Assembly: GCA_044226015.1 (NCBI GenBank)
Contig: JBGAHS010000001.1
Span: 384,001-448,000 of the forward strand
Direction: 5' to 3'
Length of the DNA: 64,000 bases
DNA from: Candidatus Obscuribacteraceae bacterium
Lineage (GTDB): Bacteria; Cyanobacteriota; Vampirovibrionia; Obscuribacterales; Obscuribacteraceae
The notes beneath the pieces are model-generated. The model was not told the DNA's origin. It was given only the letters and a program-made list of their open reading frames with translations, and did no database searches. Shown here piece after piece: positions 1-9,709 of the stretch (the first letter of the stretch is position 1; each line of letters opens with the position of its first letter). A program made the position numbers and the translations under genes.

Positions 1-302
1 GTGTCAAATACGGCCGTGTGCTCAGTGCTTGTTTCGCTTCCAGCAAATTTTGCAGCAAACAATCGCGGATGATTTCCCGGTGATGAAGGTGTTGGCAGAA
101 AACCAGCAAAAAATGACTGATGCGCAGCAAAGGTAAAATTGCCCGGAGTGTGTCTTAGTTCCCAGCCCTCTTTCGGAAGCAGTTTTGCGAAGTTCGGAAT
201 CAAGCCTTCAAGGAATGCTTCCTGCGCTACATCATACCTGAGTGCATCAAGTGTTATGAATAGAATATCGTGCGTGCCGATAAGGGAGGGAGCGTCTATC
301 AT
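1..302 (-). CDS. STM4013/SEN3800-family hydrolase (alkaline phosphatase/sulfatase-like), 3' part outside window
   Basis: Not in the ORF track. Manual translation gives MIDAPSLIGTHDILFITLDALRYDVAQEAF...WELRHTPGNFTFAAHQSFFAGFLPTP. Its ATG overlaps the upstream stop (TAATG), and it follows the STM4014-like gene. Confidence 0.8.
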   Translation of the reverse strand, partial: MIDAPSLIGTHDILFITLDALRYDVAQEAFLEGLIPNFAKLLPKEGWELRHTPGNFTFAAHQSFFAGFLPTPSSPGNHPRLFAAKFAGSETSTEHTAVFD

Positions 303-1507
303 TAAAGCACTGCCTCCTGTTTGGGGAGTCGAACCGCTTCTTTTGAGAGCGCTGTTCCGGAGGCTGCAAGTGTATCCAAGTTCAAAATCGACATTAGCTC
401 GCTGGTGTAGGTGTTGTGTTTGTCGAAATAAACGTCTTTAAGATGATCGCCAAAAGCGTTGACTTCTGCTACTGCATGTTTCTTCAATCCCGCGCTGACA
501 AGTAAGTCGATTCCCATATACAGGCTTCGCGGAAAAATTCGTGCAACGGCTTCTGTCGTCTTCAAAATGCTTTGCCATTGTGAGCCCATTCTGCTTTCGA
601 ACTCGTCGGTTTCAGCGCGTTGATTTAACAGATGCAAGTTTGTGAAAGGACCACTACTTAGCCTCAGGACTTTATGCTTTGCGATACCGTCTATGGTGAC
701 TATGCGCAGGTCGCAGCTCTGTCCATTGTGATTTGCTTTTACAATCCACTCCTCCGCAAATACACGGTCGTGGCAGAGCAAATTCACTAGTTTTTCAATC
801 TCTGTGTGGTTATTTAGTACTTTCAACTTTCTTGAGTTGTACAGGCGCTTTTCCGGTCCTGATTCTTCTAGTTCAATAGTGCTGCATGCTTGCATATGGT
901 GCTGGTTCATGCGAAACGCAATTAGACCTGAAGCGCTCGAGCCATGGGCCAGTTTTAGGAATACGCGCGAGCAGTTATTTGTCCGTATTTTCTCTCGCAA
1001 CTCTTCGAATGAGGATATCTCCCCTAACTGCATTGCGCTTGGAATTGAAGCTTGCTGAAATAACTTTTGGCAAGCTATTTTGTCGAACATTGTTGCGATG
1101 TCATCTGGGCGATTCAAGAAATCGCAGCCTGCTTCTGCACCAATTTGCTTGAGTTCTTGCAGTAATTGTTTGAATCCGAGATACCATTGCCGAGACGGCA
1201 AGATTGCACCTTTGCAAAATGAAAGTGCCTCTAACTCTTTAGGAGATAAGGTAAGGACAGGCTCTTCGTTGGCTGCACTATATCCGCGTTTCAGTAGGAG
1301 CTTTTCTACGGAAAAGTTCTTGCCGGGTGACTCTATTCTTATTATGGAATCAGGCTTCAACTTTTCTCTCAGCTGATCGAGCGACTCGGACATTGTAAGG
1401 TATGGAACTACCTCACAATGCACTGCGCTGAATTGCGCGCATGCTTCAACGAAGCCCTTTACGCGAGGGCTGTCGTGTTCTCCAATCAGAACTATATGCA
1501 CGGACAT
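302..1507 (-). CDS. STM4014-family ATP-grasp protein
   Basis: IRIESPG, MFDKIACQ, FLKLAHGSSASG, DLRIV, PFTNLHL, GIDLL and EVNAFGD motifs (ATP-grasp E-x-N). Confidence 0.85.
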   Translation of the reverse strand: MSVHIVLIGEHDSPRVKGFVEACAQFSAVHCEVVPYLTMSESLDQLREKLKPDSIIRIESPGKNFSVEKLLLKRGYSAANEEPVLTLSPKELEALSFCKGAILPSRQWYLGFKQLLQELKQIGAEAGCDFLNRPDDIATMFDKIACQKLFQQASIPSAMQLGEISSFEELREKIRTNNCSRVFLKLAHGSSASGLIAFRMNQHHMQACSTIELEESGPEKRLYNSRKLKVLNNHTEIEKLVNLLCHDRVFAEEWIVKANHNGQSCDLRIVTIDGIAKHKVLRLSSGPFTNLHLLNQRAETDEFESRMGSQWQSILKTTEAVARIFPRSLYMGIDLLVSAGLKKHAVAEVNAFGDHLKDVYFDKHNTYTSELMSILNLDTLAASGTALSKEAVRLPKQEAVL

Positions 1508-2424
1508 TACTCACCAACTGATACGTACCGGTCTTCTTCGTTGTCGCCCTGTCCGTCCGTTGAGTCGATTTCGATGCCCAGTCGTCTCAGCTTGTTTATC
1601 ATGTTGTCAGAGCAGTAATGATAGTGAATGTCTAGTTTTTTTAGTTGAGTGATTTGTGGGCAGTTCAGCAGATGCTCTGCGCCGACATCGCCGAGTGTTC
1701 CCAGTGACAAATCGAGGATTCTAAGTTGTTTGACGATGTCTGATTTTGCCAGCAACTCTGCTACTGCATCTGCCATATCGCTATCTCGTAAGCCCAGATA
1801 TTCGAGTTTAGGAAACTTCGAGGATTGAACGATTGGTTCAATGTCTCCTATTGCAAAATTTGCACCATATTCGGTTGTTCCAAGCCAAATTTCCAGATGC
1901 TTCAGATTTGGAAGCTTGCTGTTTCCGATCTGCTGAAGGACCCTTCGATCAAGCCCGCCAGTCTCAATAACTAGTGATTCCAGTTTCTCGTGCCGAAGTG
2001 CTCCCAGGCTTAATTCAGCTCCACCTCTTGCCCCAAAATGCGTTAGTGCAGGGAATGCCAGAAGAAGTGGCGATAGATCGGATTGCACAATCCAGGAGAT
2101 TTCGCATTCTTCGAACGTGACCTCAGCAATGAAAATTGCAGTCAGTTTGGGCAGGCGGTCTGAGGCTGCGACGATGGCGTCCACGACTTCAGTGCTGGCT
2201 GTACCAGTTCCCATTTCTCCCCATCCACCCACGACGAGTGCTTCTAGTTCGCTGGAATTTTCGTCGTCTAGAAATTTGTGAAATTTGTCAGCCCAGGAAA
2301 TATCGTCATCGTAACCAACCGAAATTCGGTAAGCGTTTTCGGATGGGTTTTCGATTTTGTCACCGATTTCCCAGTTAACGATTTTCTTTGAGGCAAAATT
2401 ACCCATATCAGTGGCGATGGCCAT
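1507..2424 (-). CDS. STM4015-family leucine-rich-repeat protein
   Basis: ALVVGGW, ECEISWI, LKHLEIWLG, LDLSLGTLGDVGA repeats and C-terminal RYVSVGE; translationally coupled to the ATP-grasp gene. Confidence 0.85.
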   Translation of the reverse strand: MAIATDMGNFASKKIVNWEIGDKIENPSENAYRISVGYDDDISWADKFHKFLDDENSSELEALVVGGWGEMGTGTASTEVVDAIVAASDRLPKLTAIFIAEVTFEECEISWIVQSDLSPLLLAFPALTHFGARGGAELSLGALRHEKLESLVIETGGLDRRVLQQIGNSKLPNLKHLEIWLGTTEYGANFAIGDIEPIVQSSKFPKLEYLGLRDSDMADAVAELLAKSDIVKQLRILDLSLGTLGDVGAEHLLNCPQITQLKKLDIHYHYCSDNMINKLRRLGIEIDSTDGQGDNEEDRYVSVGE

Positions 2425-2594
2425 TAGTTTTCCTCACTTAGACGACGTGTTATATCTTCGACCTTTGACCAGGCGTTTGCGTTAGTAAACAGGGATTCTT
2501 GCTGAAGATTTACATAAAAAGCACCGCAGTCAGGAGTTAATGCCAAATTGAGTTGTAAGCGGGAATAATTCGAATGAGAAACGAGGAGAATTGT

Positions 2595-2897
2595 ATGTCG
2601 CTCTGGAGACAAGGTGATGTCCTGATCAAGTCCGTGAAATCCATTCCGAAGAATTTAAAAACCCGTTCCGGGGCGGTCCTGGTGCGCGGTGAAGCGACGG
2701 GGCACAGTCATCGCTTGCAAAATAGAGATGTTGGGGAATTGTTCGAAGCCGACAATAAGCTATATTTGCGTGTACTCGCAGATGAGGCAGTTATTGTTCA
2801 CGAAGAACATGGACCAGTTCACCTTCCAAAAGGTGAGTATGAAATCTGGCAGCAACGCGAATACTCCCCTGCTGCTATCCGGACCATCAGAGATTGA
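2595..2897 (+). CDS. small conserved His-rich protein (RQGDV...GEATGHSH...HEEH...QQREY family, usually next to DUF6745 genes)
   Basis: RBS AGGAG at 2584-2588, ATG at 2595, recognisable motif series. Confidence 0.75.
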   Translation: MSLWRQGDVLIKSVKSIPKNLKTRSGAVLVRGEATGHSHRLQNRDVGELFEADNKLYLRVLADEAVIVHEEHGPVHLPKGEYEIWQQREYSPAAIRTIRD

Positions 2898-3011
2898 CCT
2901 ACTGTATTTTTTTCGACGAGCTATCAGAAATATCGCTAGCTGTATTTTGCTTGATTAAGTATCAGGTATGGTGGATATTGTGTTTTATGGATAGAGCATA
3001 AGCGTGGCTAA

Positions 3012-4136
3012 ATGGGAATTTTTGATTTTTTTACTAAAGGCAAGAAGGAAGCGCCTCCGCAAGATGATTTTTCCAGTCCGGTCAAATCTCCGCAGAAGGC
3101 TCGGGAACTACTGAAAAAAGGTACTGCTCCCTTTGGAATGGAAGTGAATGGTTATTTGGATTTGCGCTCGTGCACTGAAATTGTTCGTCTGCCTGAGGGC
3201 CTGCGTTGCGATGTGCTCGATCTGACAGGATGCTCCAAGCTCATTGAAATTCCCGGTACGATGCAGGTAGGACGCCTCATTTTAGATAAGTGTTCTTCTC
3301 TGAAACCGCTGCCATCTGATTTGAAGTGCAACGAACTCCGAATGCACGATTCTCATTTCGAAGAGTGGACCGAGGGCTTAAATCCTAAATTTAAGCTTGA
3401 TCTGCAGGGGTCCTCCAGGCTCAAGAAGATTCCGCCTAACTTTAAGTGTGGAACGCTCATTCTTGAAAATTGCACTGAATTGCGTGAGATAGGTGATGGA
3501 CTCGATGTCAATTCCCTGGATTTGTCTAATTGTTCTAATTTGGAATCTCTACCAGAACGAGGAAGATTGCGATTCGGAAGATTGATTTTGCGGAATTGCT
3601 CATCGCTCAAAGCAATTCCAGAGTGGGTTGAAAATTGCTCTCGGCTAGATCTGCGCGGAGCATCGTTAATTTCTGAGGTGCCTGAGGGCACTATGGGTGG
3701 TGCCCAGATTGATATCGCTGGCTCTTCCGTTCGATCATTGCCAGCCGACGCTGCGTTCTCAATTTTGTGGAATGGTGTTTTGATTGATGAGCGCATTGCG
3801 TTTCATCCTGAGGAAATTAGCGCCCGCGAAATCATCGATTGTGTGAATGTGGAAACTCGACGAGTCATGCTTGAACGTGTTGGATATGAGCGGTTTTTCG
3901 AAGAGCTTTCACCGACTGTTCTAGACGAAGATCAGGACAAAGGTGGCAAAAGAACATTGCTAAAGATTGGACTAAGTGGTGATGAAGACCTCGTTTGTGT
4001 GACTTTCAGTTGCCCCTCGACTGGTCGAAAATATGTCACGCGCGTTCCGCCAAAAATAAAGACTTGCCATCAGGCAGTGGCTTGGATGGCTGGTTTTGAT
4101 AACCCCAACGATTACAAGCCGATGCATGAAACTTGA
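3012..4136 (+). CDS. LRR-repeat protein with C-terminal DUF6745-like domain
   Basis: LDLxxCxxLxxLP repeats, then NVETRRVMLERVGYERF...CPSTGRKYVTRVPP...QAVAWMAG. Confidence 0.75.
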   Translation: MGIFDFFTKGKKEAPPQDDFSSPVKSPQKARELLKKGTAPFGMEVNGYLDLRSCTEIVRLPEGLRCDVLDLTGCSKLIEIPGTMQVGRLILDKCSSLKPLPSDLKCNELRMHDSHFEEWTEGLNPKFKLDLQGSSRLKKIPPNFKCGTLILENCTELREIGDGLDVNSLDLSNCSNLESLPERGRLRFGRLILRNCSSLKAIPEWVENCSRLDLRGASLISEVPEGTMGGAQIDIAGSSVRSLPADAAFSILWNGVLIDERIAFHPEEISAREIIDCVNVETRRVMLERVGYERFFEELSPTVLDEDQDKGGKRTLLKIGLSGDEDLVCVTFSCPSTGRKYVTRVPPKIKTCHQAVAWMAGFDNPNDYKPMHET

Positions 4137-4346
4137 GTTGATCTTTTGTGCTTCGCTCTGAATCGCTTCTCGATAAGCGACCTTGAGTGACTAACTTGCC
4201 CGCGCTCATGCGATTGTTTTTGCTTGCCATCTCGGCCGAATGCAAGTGCCTTTGTGTCTAGTAAAGTATGTCATAGTTAATTTGTGGGACGATTTTTACT
4301 CCTGCAAAGCGTGTATATATTTTCTGTCGAACGAAGGAGAATCGCC

Positions 4347-5369
4347 GTGGGTGATAGCAGGCATAAGCACGATAAGTCAGACAAGGCAGAAGAGAAAATC
4401 GAAAAAGCTGACAGTGCTGCTGTAAAGCTTGAGAATATAAAGGTAGCAGTCAAGGAAGACGCAAAGGCTGTCTTTGGCTATTTGATGAAGAAGTCCGAAA
4501 GTTCTGAGGGGAAAGCCGAAGCCCCAAGGGAAATTCCTTATGAGAAGCAGAATCCTGTATTGAAGCCGTCTGATGTTTCAAACTGTGTTGCTAATGCCAT
4601 AACTCAGTACGAGAGCTCCGGAAAGGGGCGGGTAATCAATGACCACCTTTGGACCGGAAAAGCCGGTGGAGCTGTGTATATCGGTAACCAGCTTTACTTT
4701 GAAGAAGGCAACTCAATGAACGTGCTCAAAGGGCTGCCGCTGCGTTCTGGCAAAGAGCTTGATCTGTACCAGGAAATAGTAAGATACACTAAGCACAATG
4801 ACATTACAGACCCATCTAAAAAGATTACACCAGATATGGTGATGTCGTGGTCGCTAAAGGTCAATGCAGACAACGATGGTAATGTTGTAATTCAAGATGC
4901 CCTGTTAACGGCTCACAACGTTATGCGTGCGCTTGCTCGTTCGGAAGTTGCCGAGGTTGAGAACTTGCCCAAGGATGACCCTGTTCGGCACATCGTGGAA
5001 GACCAAACCCCCTCTCACAAGCCTGATTGGCCTCATGCTAAGGGATTGAGAGAAACAATCTACGACAAGTATCAGTTGAAGAAAGGGCTTAGCGAGGGTC
5101 ATGATACTGCTCTTTTTGATCAGTCCGACCGATACTCAGTTTTTAAGCCGCTGACAGATTATGCTAACTCAAGCACTGGGTCATCGTATCACTTCTGGGT
5201 CGGTGCTTTCGGCGCTTCATGTCTCGGCTCAGGCGCTACGCGGCTGGCGGTCAAGGTCGAAGGTGACAAGGTGAAGGGTGGCAACAAAACTGGCCAAGAT
5301 GAGAAGCCGTGGGGTAATGCAGGGGTAGATATGTATGACAAGGTTTCGGGAAACATGCATTGGCTCTAG
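4347..5369 (+). CDS. hypothetical protein, charged N-terminus
   Basis: Long ORF; probable GTG start at 4347 after AAGGAG. Confidence 0.65.
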   Translation: MGDSRHKHDKSDKAEEKIEKADSAAVKLENIKVAVKEDAKAVFGYLMKKSESSEGKAEAPREIPYEKQNPVLKPSDVSNCVANAITQYESSGKGRVINDHLWTGKAGGAVYIGNQLYFEEGNSMNVLKGLPLRSGKELDLYQEIVRYTKHNDITDPSKKITPDMVMSWSLKVNADNDGNVVIQDALLTAHNVMRALARSEVAEVENLPKDDPVRHIVEDQTPSHKPDWPHAKGLRETIYDKYQLKKGLSEGHDTALFDQSDRYSVFKPLTDYANSSTGSSYHFWVGAFGASCLGSGATRLAVKVEGDKVKGGNKTGQDEKPWGNAGVDMYDKVSGNMHWL

Positions 5370-5581
5370 TTCTACAAGTAAATTTGTTGAGCGGTGATTC
5401 TTGCACGGGAATTCTTAATTTAAGAGACTCTTTGCGGATTTCATGCCTGCAAAGGTTTTTACTTGGGTGTTGTAACGCCAAAGTTTCAGGACGCATAGCT
5501 GTCCTGGGCAGGGCTTGCTATAATCAATTTATCGCACACTGAAAATTTGATGCAAAGAAGCCTGAAACCCAACCCCATCAT

Positions 5582-5962
5582 GGGGGCGTTTAGATTCGAC
5601 AGGGTTGTAGGGTCGTGAGTTGCAAGCCGAGGTTGTTCGGAACCTCGTTAACAACCGAGCAAAACAATAAACGCAAACAACAATGTTGTTAGCCTCCGCC
5701 CTGCCCTCAAGGCAGTTGCCTAACTAAAAGCTTAGGTGCGGACTTGACTGGGAGTCTTGATCACCCGATTTCCATCATGTTAAACCATGGTGATTGCTCA
5801 CAGGCGAAGTTAGCAGTTAGTAGCCTGTGCTAAGACATAATTGCGAACCTGGATGGCTGTCTGTGCCTTTCCCAGCGGTTCTGGGAGAATAAGAGACTAA
5901 GCTTGTAGTAACTTGCCTCTCGGCAATTTTGGACGCGAGTGCGATTCTCGCCGCCTCCACCA
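5582..5962 (+). ncRNA. ssrA: tmRNA
   Basis: Acceptor stem GGGGGCG/CGCCTCC-ACCA with a G3-U pair, 5' GATTCGAC, T-arm GCGAG-TGCGATT-CTCGC, and tag ORF 5673-5723 encoding ANNNVVSLRPALKAVA*. Confidence 0.96.
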
Positions 5963-5987
5963 TTTTTTTCAGGCTAAAACAATCAGT

Positions 5988-6046
5988 GTAAGTCCACGCT
6001 TCGAGTATTTTCAACTTTGAGAATGTGCAAGTGTGGACTTTTTTTG
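5988..6046 (+). terminator. possible intrinsic terminator after ssrA
   Basis: Inverted repeat AAGTCCAC...GTGGACTT followed by a T run; the loop is long. Confidence 0.5.
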
Positions 6047-6103
6047 TTGTGTATATTGCAAAACGGTAGCCCGGTGGTGTCTGGTTGTGCCTCTGTCCAC
6101 GGA

Positions 6104-6626
6104 TTATTCTCTGATGCGCTTACTATTAGCAGCTATATCTTTTTCAATCGTGCGCAGCGTTTTCTCGCGGATGGGTCCGAAGTACTGCTTCGCTTTCATC
6201 GTCTTCGAATACATGCCGAACGTCTTGTGCGAGTTCCAGTAACTGTACATCTTCTGGTGGCAAACCGTTGATCTGGCTAGGCTCGTATGCAAGCGCGCCC
6301 ATCGCGGTCTCGCCGATATATCCCAATCTGTCGAGGGGCGACAGCTCGGCTGGATCTAGTCCTTGCTTGCGGAAGAGTCTGTCCATCAACAGCATGCCCC
6401 AGCCATCGGGCAAGCAGTCGCTTATCAGCCCCGGCAGTCGCAGCTGATGGGCAGGATGATCTCCAAAAGTTTGGCTGCTCAGCGGCATTTTAAATGGCGA
6501 AACTTCCAAGCCGCGCTTAATAGCCGCAGCCGTGTACTCGAAGAGAATATCTCTGCCGTCGTCGGCTAGGACCCCCAGGGTGAACCGTTCTCCCCAGCCA
6601 GTATAGATGACATTCAGCTTTTTCAT
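6104..6626 (-). pseudogene. hipA: HipA-family toxin, truncated or internally deleted
   Basis: HipA N-terminal motifs (FEY, SPFKMPL, GLISDCLPDGWG, LDRLGYIGETAMGALAYEP) but the ORF stops at 160 aa, before the kinase core. Confidence 0.8.
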
Positions 6627-6928
6627 AGATGTCTTCTTGATGCACGTTGTCGCCGTTGCTGAGCTACTTCCATTTCCTTAATCGTTCGCTGTTTCAGCTC
6701 GAACAGAGTCGACAGGGACTCAGAGAGCCCAAGTGCAGCGACAATGCGCAGAAACACATCGAGTGAAACTTTACCCGACTGCTCGAAGGTAGTTAGAGTC
6801 TTGTGAGAAACGCCGGCACGGGCCGCCAATTCGCTCTGCGGTAGATTCTGTGCGAGTCTGTGCGCGCGTAACCTCGCCGCCAGTTGCTCCGCTATTTCGT
6901 CAGTAGTTGCTAATCCGAAATGAACCAT
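6623..6928 (-). CDS. XRE-family HTH antitoxin (HipB-like)
   Basis: RLAQNLPQSELAARAGVSHKTLTTFEQSG helix-turn-helix; 4-nt overlap with hipA. Confidence 0.88.
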   Translation of the reverse strand: MVHFGLATTDEIAEQLAARLRAHRLAQNLPQSELAARAGVSHKTLTTFEQSGKVSLDVFLRIVAALGLSESLSTLFELKQRTIKEMEVAQQRRQRASRRHL

Positions 6929-6946
6929 TCTTGCACCTTGGGTAAT

Positions 6947-7002
6947 GCGTAAAATATTACGCGTTAGATGTCAGAAAAGGAGATAATAGGTAGTATTTTA
7001 CC
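6947..7002. promoter_or_regulatory. two operator-like palindromes upstream of the hipB-like gene
   Basis: GCGTAA-AATA-TTACGC at 6947-6962, and a second copy GGTAGTATTTTACC at 6989-7002 (reverse complement GGTAAAATACTACC). Confidence 0.55.
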
Positions 7003-7120
7003 ACTTATTGGTCGCGGTTGGCTGTTTTCTTTTGGAAAACCAATTCCACGTGTATTTGCGCGAATTTTTCTTGCGTACCTTGTATCTTTTAGATGAATCG
7101 TTTTTGGAATGGAGGGGAGC

Positions 7121-7585
7121 ATGGGCTACGAAATCCAAGCGGTGATAGCAAAGATGAGCACTCTTGCTTTGCTATCGCAGTCCAGCGGCTACATTAGGGC
7201 TGTATCCTTGAACCAAGATTTTGGACTGGTACCACTCATCGACGAATTTTTAGACGATTTGCAATCTGCTCGACCCGACCTGAGGGCTCAGCCTGACCCA
7301 TTTGAAGGATTCTGTAAATTATCGGCAGTAGTCGCTGACCTGCTGAAAAATGTATCTAATTCTGGTTCACTTGCGTATGTCGAAGCAGAATTCTTTGGTG
7401 GTGCCGGCGGGCAATCATCGATAGCTTGGGCTAATGGGAGTGTTAGTTCAGGTCCGCACCACACTGAAGATGCTATCAACTTGGCTTTATTGCACTTGGG
7501 AGTGCAGGCAATTGCACCGTATGACGAATTTGATAGTCTTGGGCTCGGGCAAAAACGGCATACTAAGCAGTGGTTGAGCTCATAG
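7121..7585 (+). CDS. conserved hypothetical protein
   Basis: RBS GGAG; AYVEAEFFGGAGGQ...AINLAL...DEFDSLGLG motifs. Confidence 0.7.
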   Translation: MGYEIQAVIAKMSTLALLSQSSGYIRAVSLNQDFGLVPLIDEFLDDLQSARPDLRAQPDPFEGFCKLSAVVADLLKNVSNSGSLAYVEAEFFGGAGGQSSIAWANGSVSSGPHHTEDAINLALLHLGVQAIAPYDEFDSLGLGQKRHTKQWLSS

Positions 7586-8104
7586 CCGATTATGCAATGT
7601 CTCGTGCACGTGAGTCAGATTGCATCGCGTCGTTGAATATCTCGCATTGCACTGGTTTTGTGCTCTGGTTAGAACTTCTTGCAGACTTTCGCAACTCGTG
7701 AATTGGTTTCAAGCGAAGCGCAGCTGTAATTGTCGCGCTCGTATTTCTGAATTGACCTGTTCAAAAAAATGGAAAATTATTGGATTCGCCGAATTTTATC
7801 AGTCAAATCCGCCAAGTTTTAGCGGACTTTTTGCCGGAAGTTTATGCGGACTTTTTAGATGGTATTCAGGATGTGAAAATACTGATATGGTTGACTCTAT
7901 AGAAACATGGATGCCGGACAATGAAGCAGACTTTTTGATGGACATTGATCGAGGTGAGCATGTACGTGTTGTTTCTTCGCTTGTTGCGAAAAGCGTTATT
8001 TGTTCAAACGGTGATCGAGAGCCTCTTCGATTGTCATTCCCTGTAAAAGCTGCCGCGAGCTGGTTTCCCGGGCTGTTTCCGCCTAAGTAAAAACACCTGA
8101 TTTA

Positions 8105-9529
8105 TTACATTTGTTCGTTTCGAAGTCGGGCTTGCATCTTCTCTATTTGAGTGATGATTTTTTTTCCTTCAGATGATGGAGGCCCGCCCTGGTAGTGTGG
8201 TCCAGCCTTGAGGACCTGCTTGTATTGGTCTAGCACGAGCATCGCAGATTGAGAAAATTCGTTCGTTTTGGCATGATTGTTGACGCAATCGAAAACCAGT
8301 GACGGTGGCAAGAGCGGTTGAAAACTTGGACCAAGATCTTTGAATCGCGAGCTAGTCGACCGATCTAGCAAGGTTCGCTCAGTCGCTAATTGAAGGAATA
8401 GTGTGAATTCGTTTTCGGAGAATGGTAGCTTACGATTTAGCAGAAGCGGAATCAGCTCGCCGAGAATCTTTTGCCTTGTCTGTAGGTTCTGATATCTCGT
8501 TAGCTGCTGCTCCGTGGGTTCCCGTTGTCGTACTTCTTCAGCTCCAATCATGCCTTTATCTCGAATCTCCGCCAGATCATTATCAGTGTCCGCATAGGAC
8601 ATTATCCAAGCTAATTCGTTATTTACTTGCAATGATCTTCCAACCGTTCTCAGAATAAGCGGACTTTCGGGATTATAGATTCCATCTAAAAGCAGTTGAA
8701 TACGATCTCTTAAATCCAGTTTCCTTGTAAGATGACTGAGTCTGCACGCCGATAACTCACAGAGTGCGCAAAGCAGAAATTGAGTTTGCTCAAGCTCTGG
8801 TTGGGCAAGGACATCCTTCACTGCGTTTATTCTCTGAACTTCAACTGTGAGATCTGCTTGTCTCTCTTCAATGAATCGCTCCAAATAAACTTTGGCGTGA
8901 ACGAAGTCTGACAAATGATGTAAAGTCGGCTCATCGCTCATCAGGAGTCCTTGGGCACTGCTAGGTGCGTTCGTGATCATTTTGTTGGCTTTGTTTGTGA
9001 TGTTGCTGGTTGACTTTTGAGTCTTCTGTCGTTCCGCCTTGAGAGACTGTGTGTCATGTGGAATTTTATTCTCCTCAATTTGCAAGAAAATATGCTCTTG
9101 TTCTAATGCGAGTATCGAAGATAACCTTTTTGCGAAAGCTACAAATTCAGCCATGCCTCCTTCTGCGAAGTCCTCTGCTTGTGGTTTTCGCCCAGTGACA
9201 CTAGCTTGAGAAAGGTTGATTAGAAACGTTGTTTGCACCTCTGATAATTCAGAATCCTGAGTGCGACGCCATAACTGCTTGGATCTCTCAATCATGTGAG
9301 ATTGCCGAAGTTGTGAAAGCCGCTCACCTTCAAGTTGGAGTTCGTTTGCAGAGTCTCCCTTAGACGCTAGATAAACAGCGATTGATTGTTTAACTGCAAG
9401 TTCCGGTACATCGAGGAGTTCAACGATTCTGTCTTCTGCGACTCCAGCCTGAACATAGGTCATGATGTTGGCGCATCTATCTCGATTTTCTTCGGTCCAA
9501 CACAATGTTTCTGGTTTATGCATCGTCAT
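8105..9529 (-). CDS. hypothetical helical protein
   Basis: 474-aa ORF with RBS GAGG directly upstream; no family recognised. Confidence 0.65.
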   Translation of the reverse strand: MTMHKPETLCWTEENRDRCANIMTYVQAGVAEDRIVELLDVPELAVKQSIAVYLASKGDSANELQLEGERLSQLRQSHMIERSKQLWRRTQDSELSEVQTTFLINLSQASVTGRKPQAEDFAEGGMAEFVAFAKRLSSILALEQEHIFLQIEENKIPHDTQSLKAERQKTQKSTSNITNKANKMITNAPSSAQGLLMSDEPTLHHLSDFVHAKVYLERFIEERQADLTVEVQRINAVKDVLAQPELEQTQFLLCALCELSACRLSHLTRKLDLRDRIQLLLDGIYNPESPLILRTVGRSLQVNNELAWIMSYADTDNDLAEIRDKGMIGAEEVRQREPTEQQLTRYQNLQTRQKILGELIPLLLNRKLPFSENEFTLFLQLATERTLLDRSTSSRFKDLGPSFQPLLPPSLVFDCVNNHAKTNEFSQSAMLVLDQYKQVLKAGPHYQGGPPSSEGKKIITQIEKMQARLRNEQM

Positions 9530-9709
9530 CCTCTGTCATAAAATGGTTAGGCAGCATTCTACCAAGTTCTCATTTTTTTGTTGAAATGTTATCCTGTCTT
9601 TTGTCAGATTGCTCGGAAATGCAATTGTACCGGAAGTGGCGAGCTTTGCGTAACCAACTCTCCACTCAGTTTCCAGGCTGTTAGCATACCAGTGTAGAGA
9701 GAGAATAAA

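Noticed and set aside
5817..6014. 65-aa ORF (MKILEAW...MVEAARIALAS)
   Set aside because: It is the antisense reading of the tmRNA 3' end.
7620..8090. 156-aa CDS
   Set aside because: No recognisable motifs or good RBS; at most the part from ATG 7887 might be coding.
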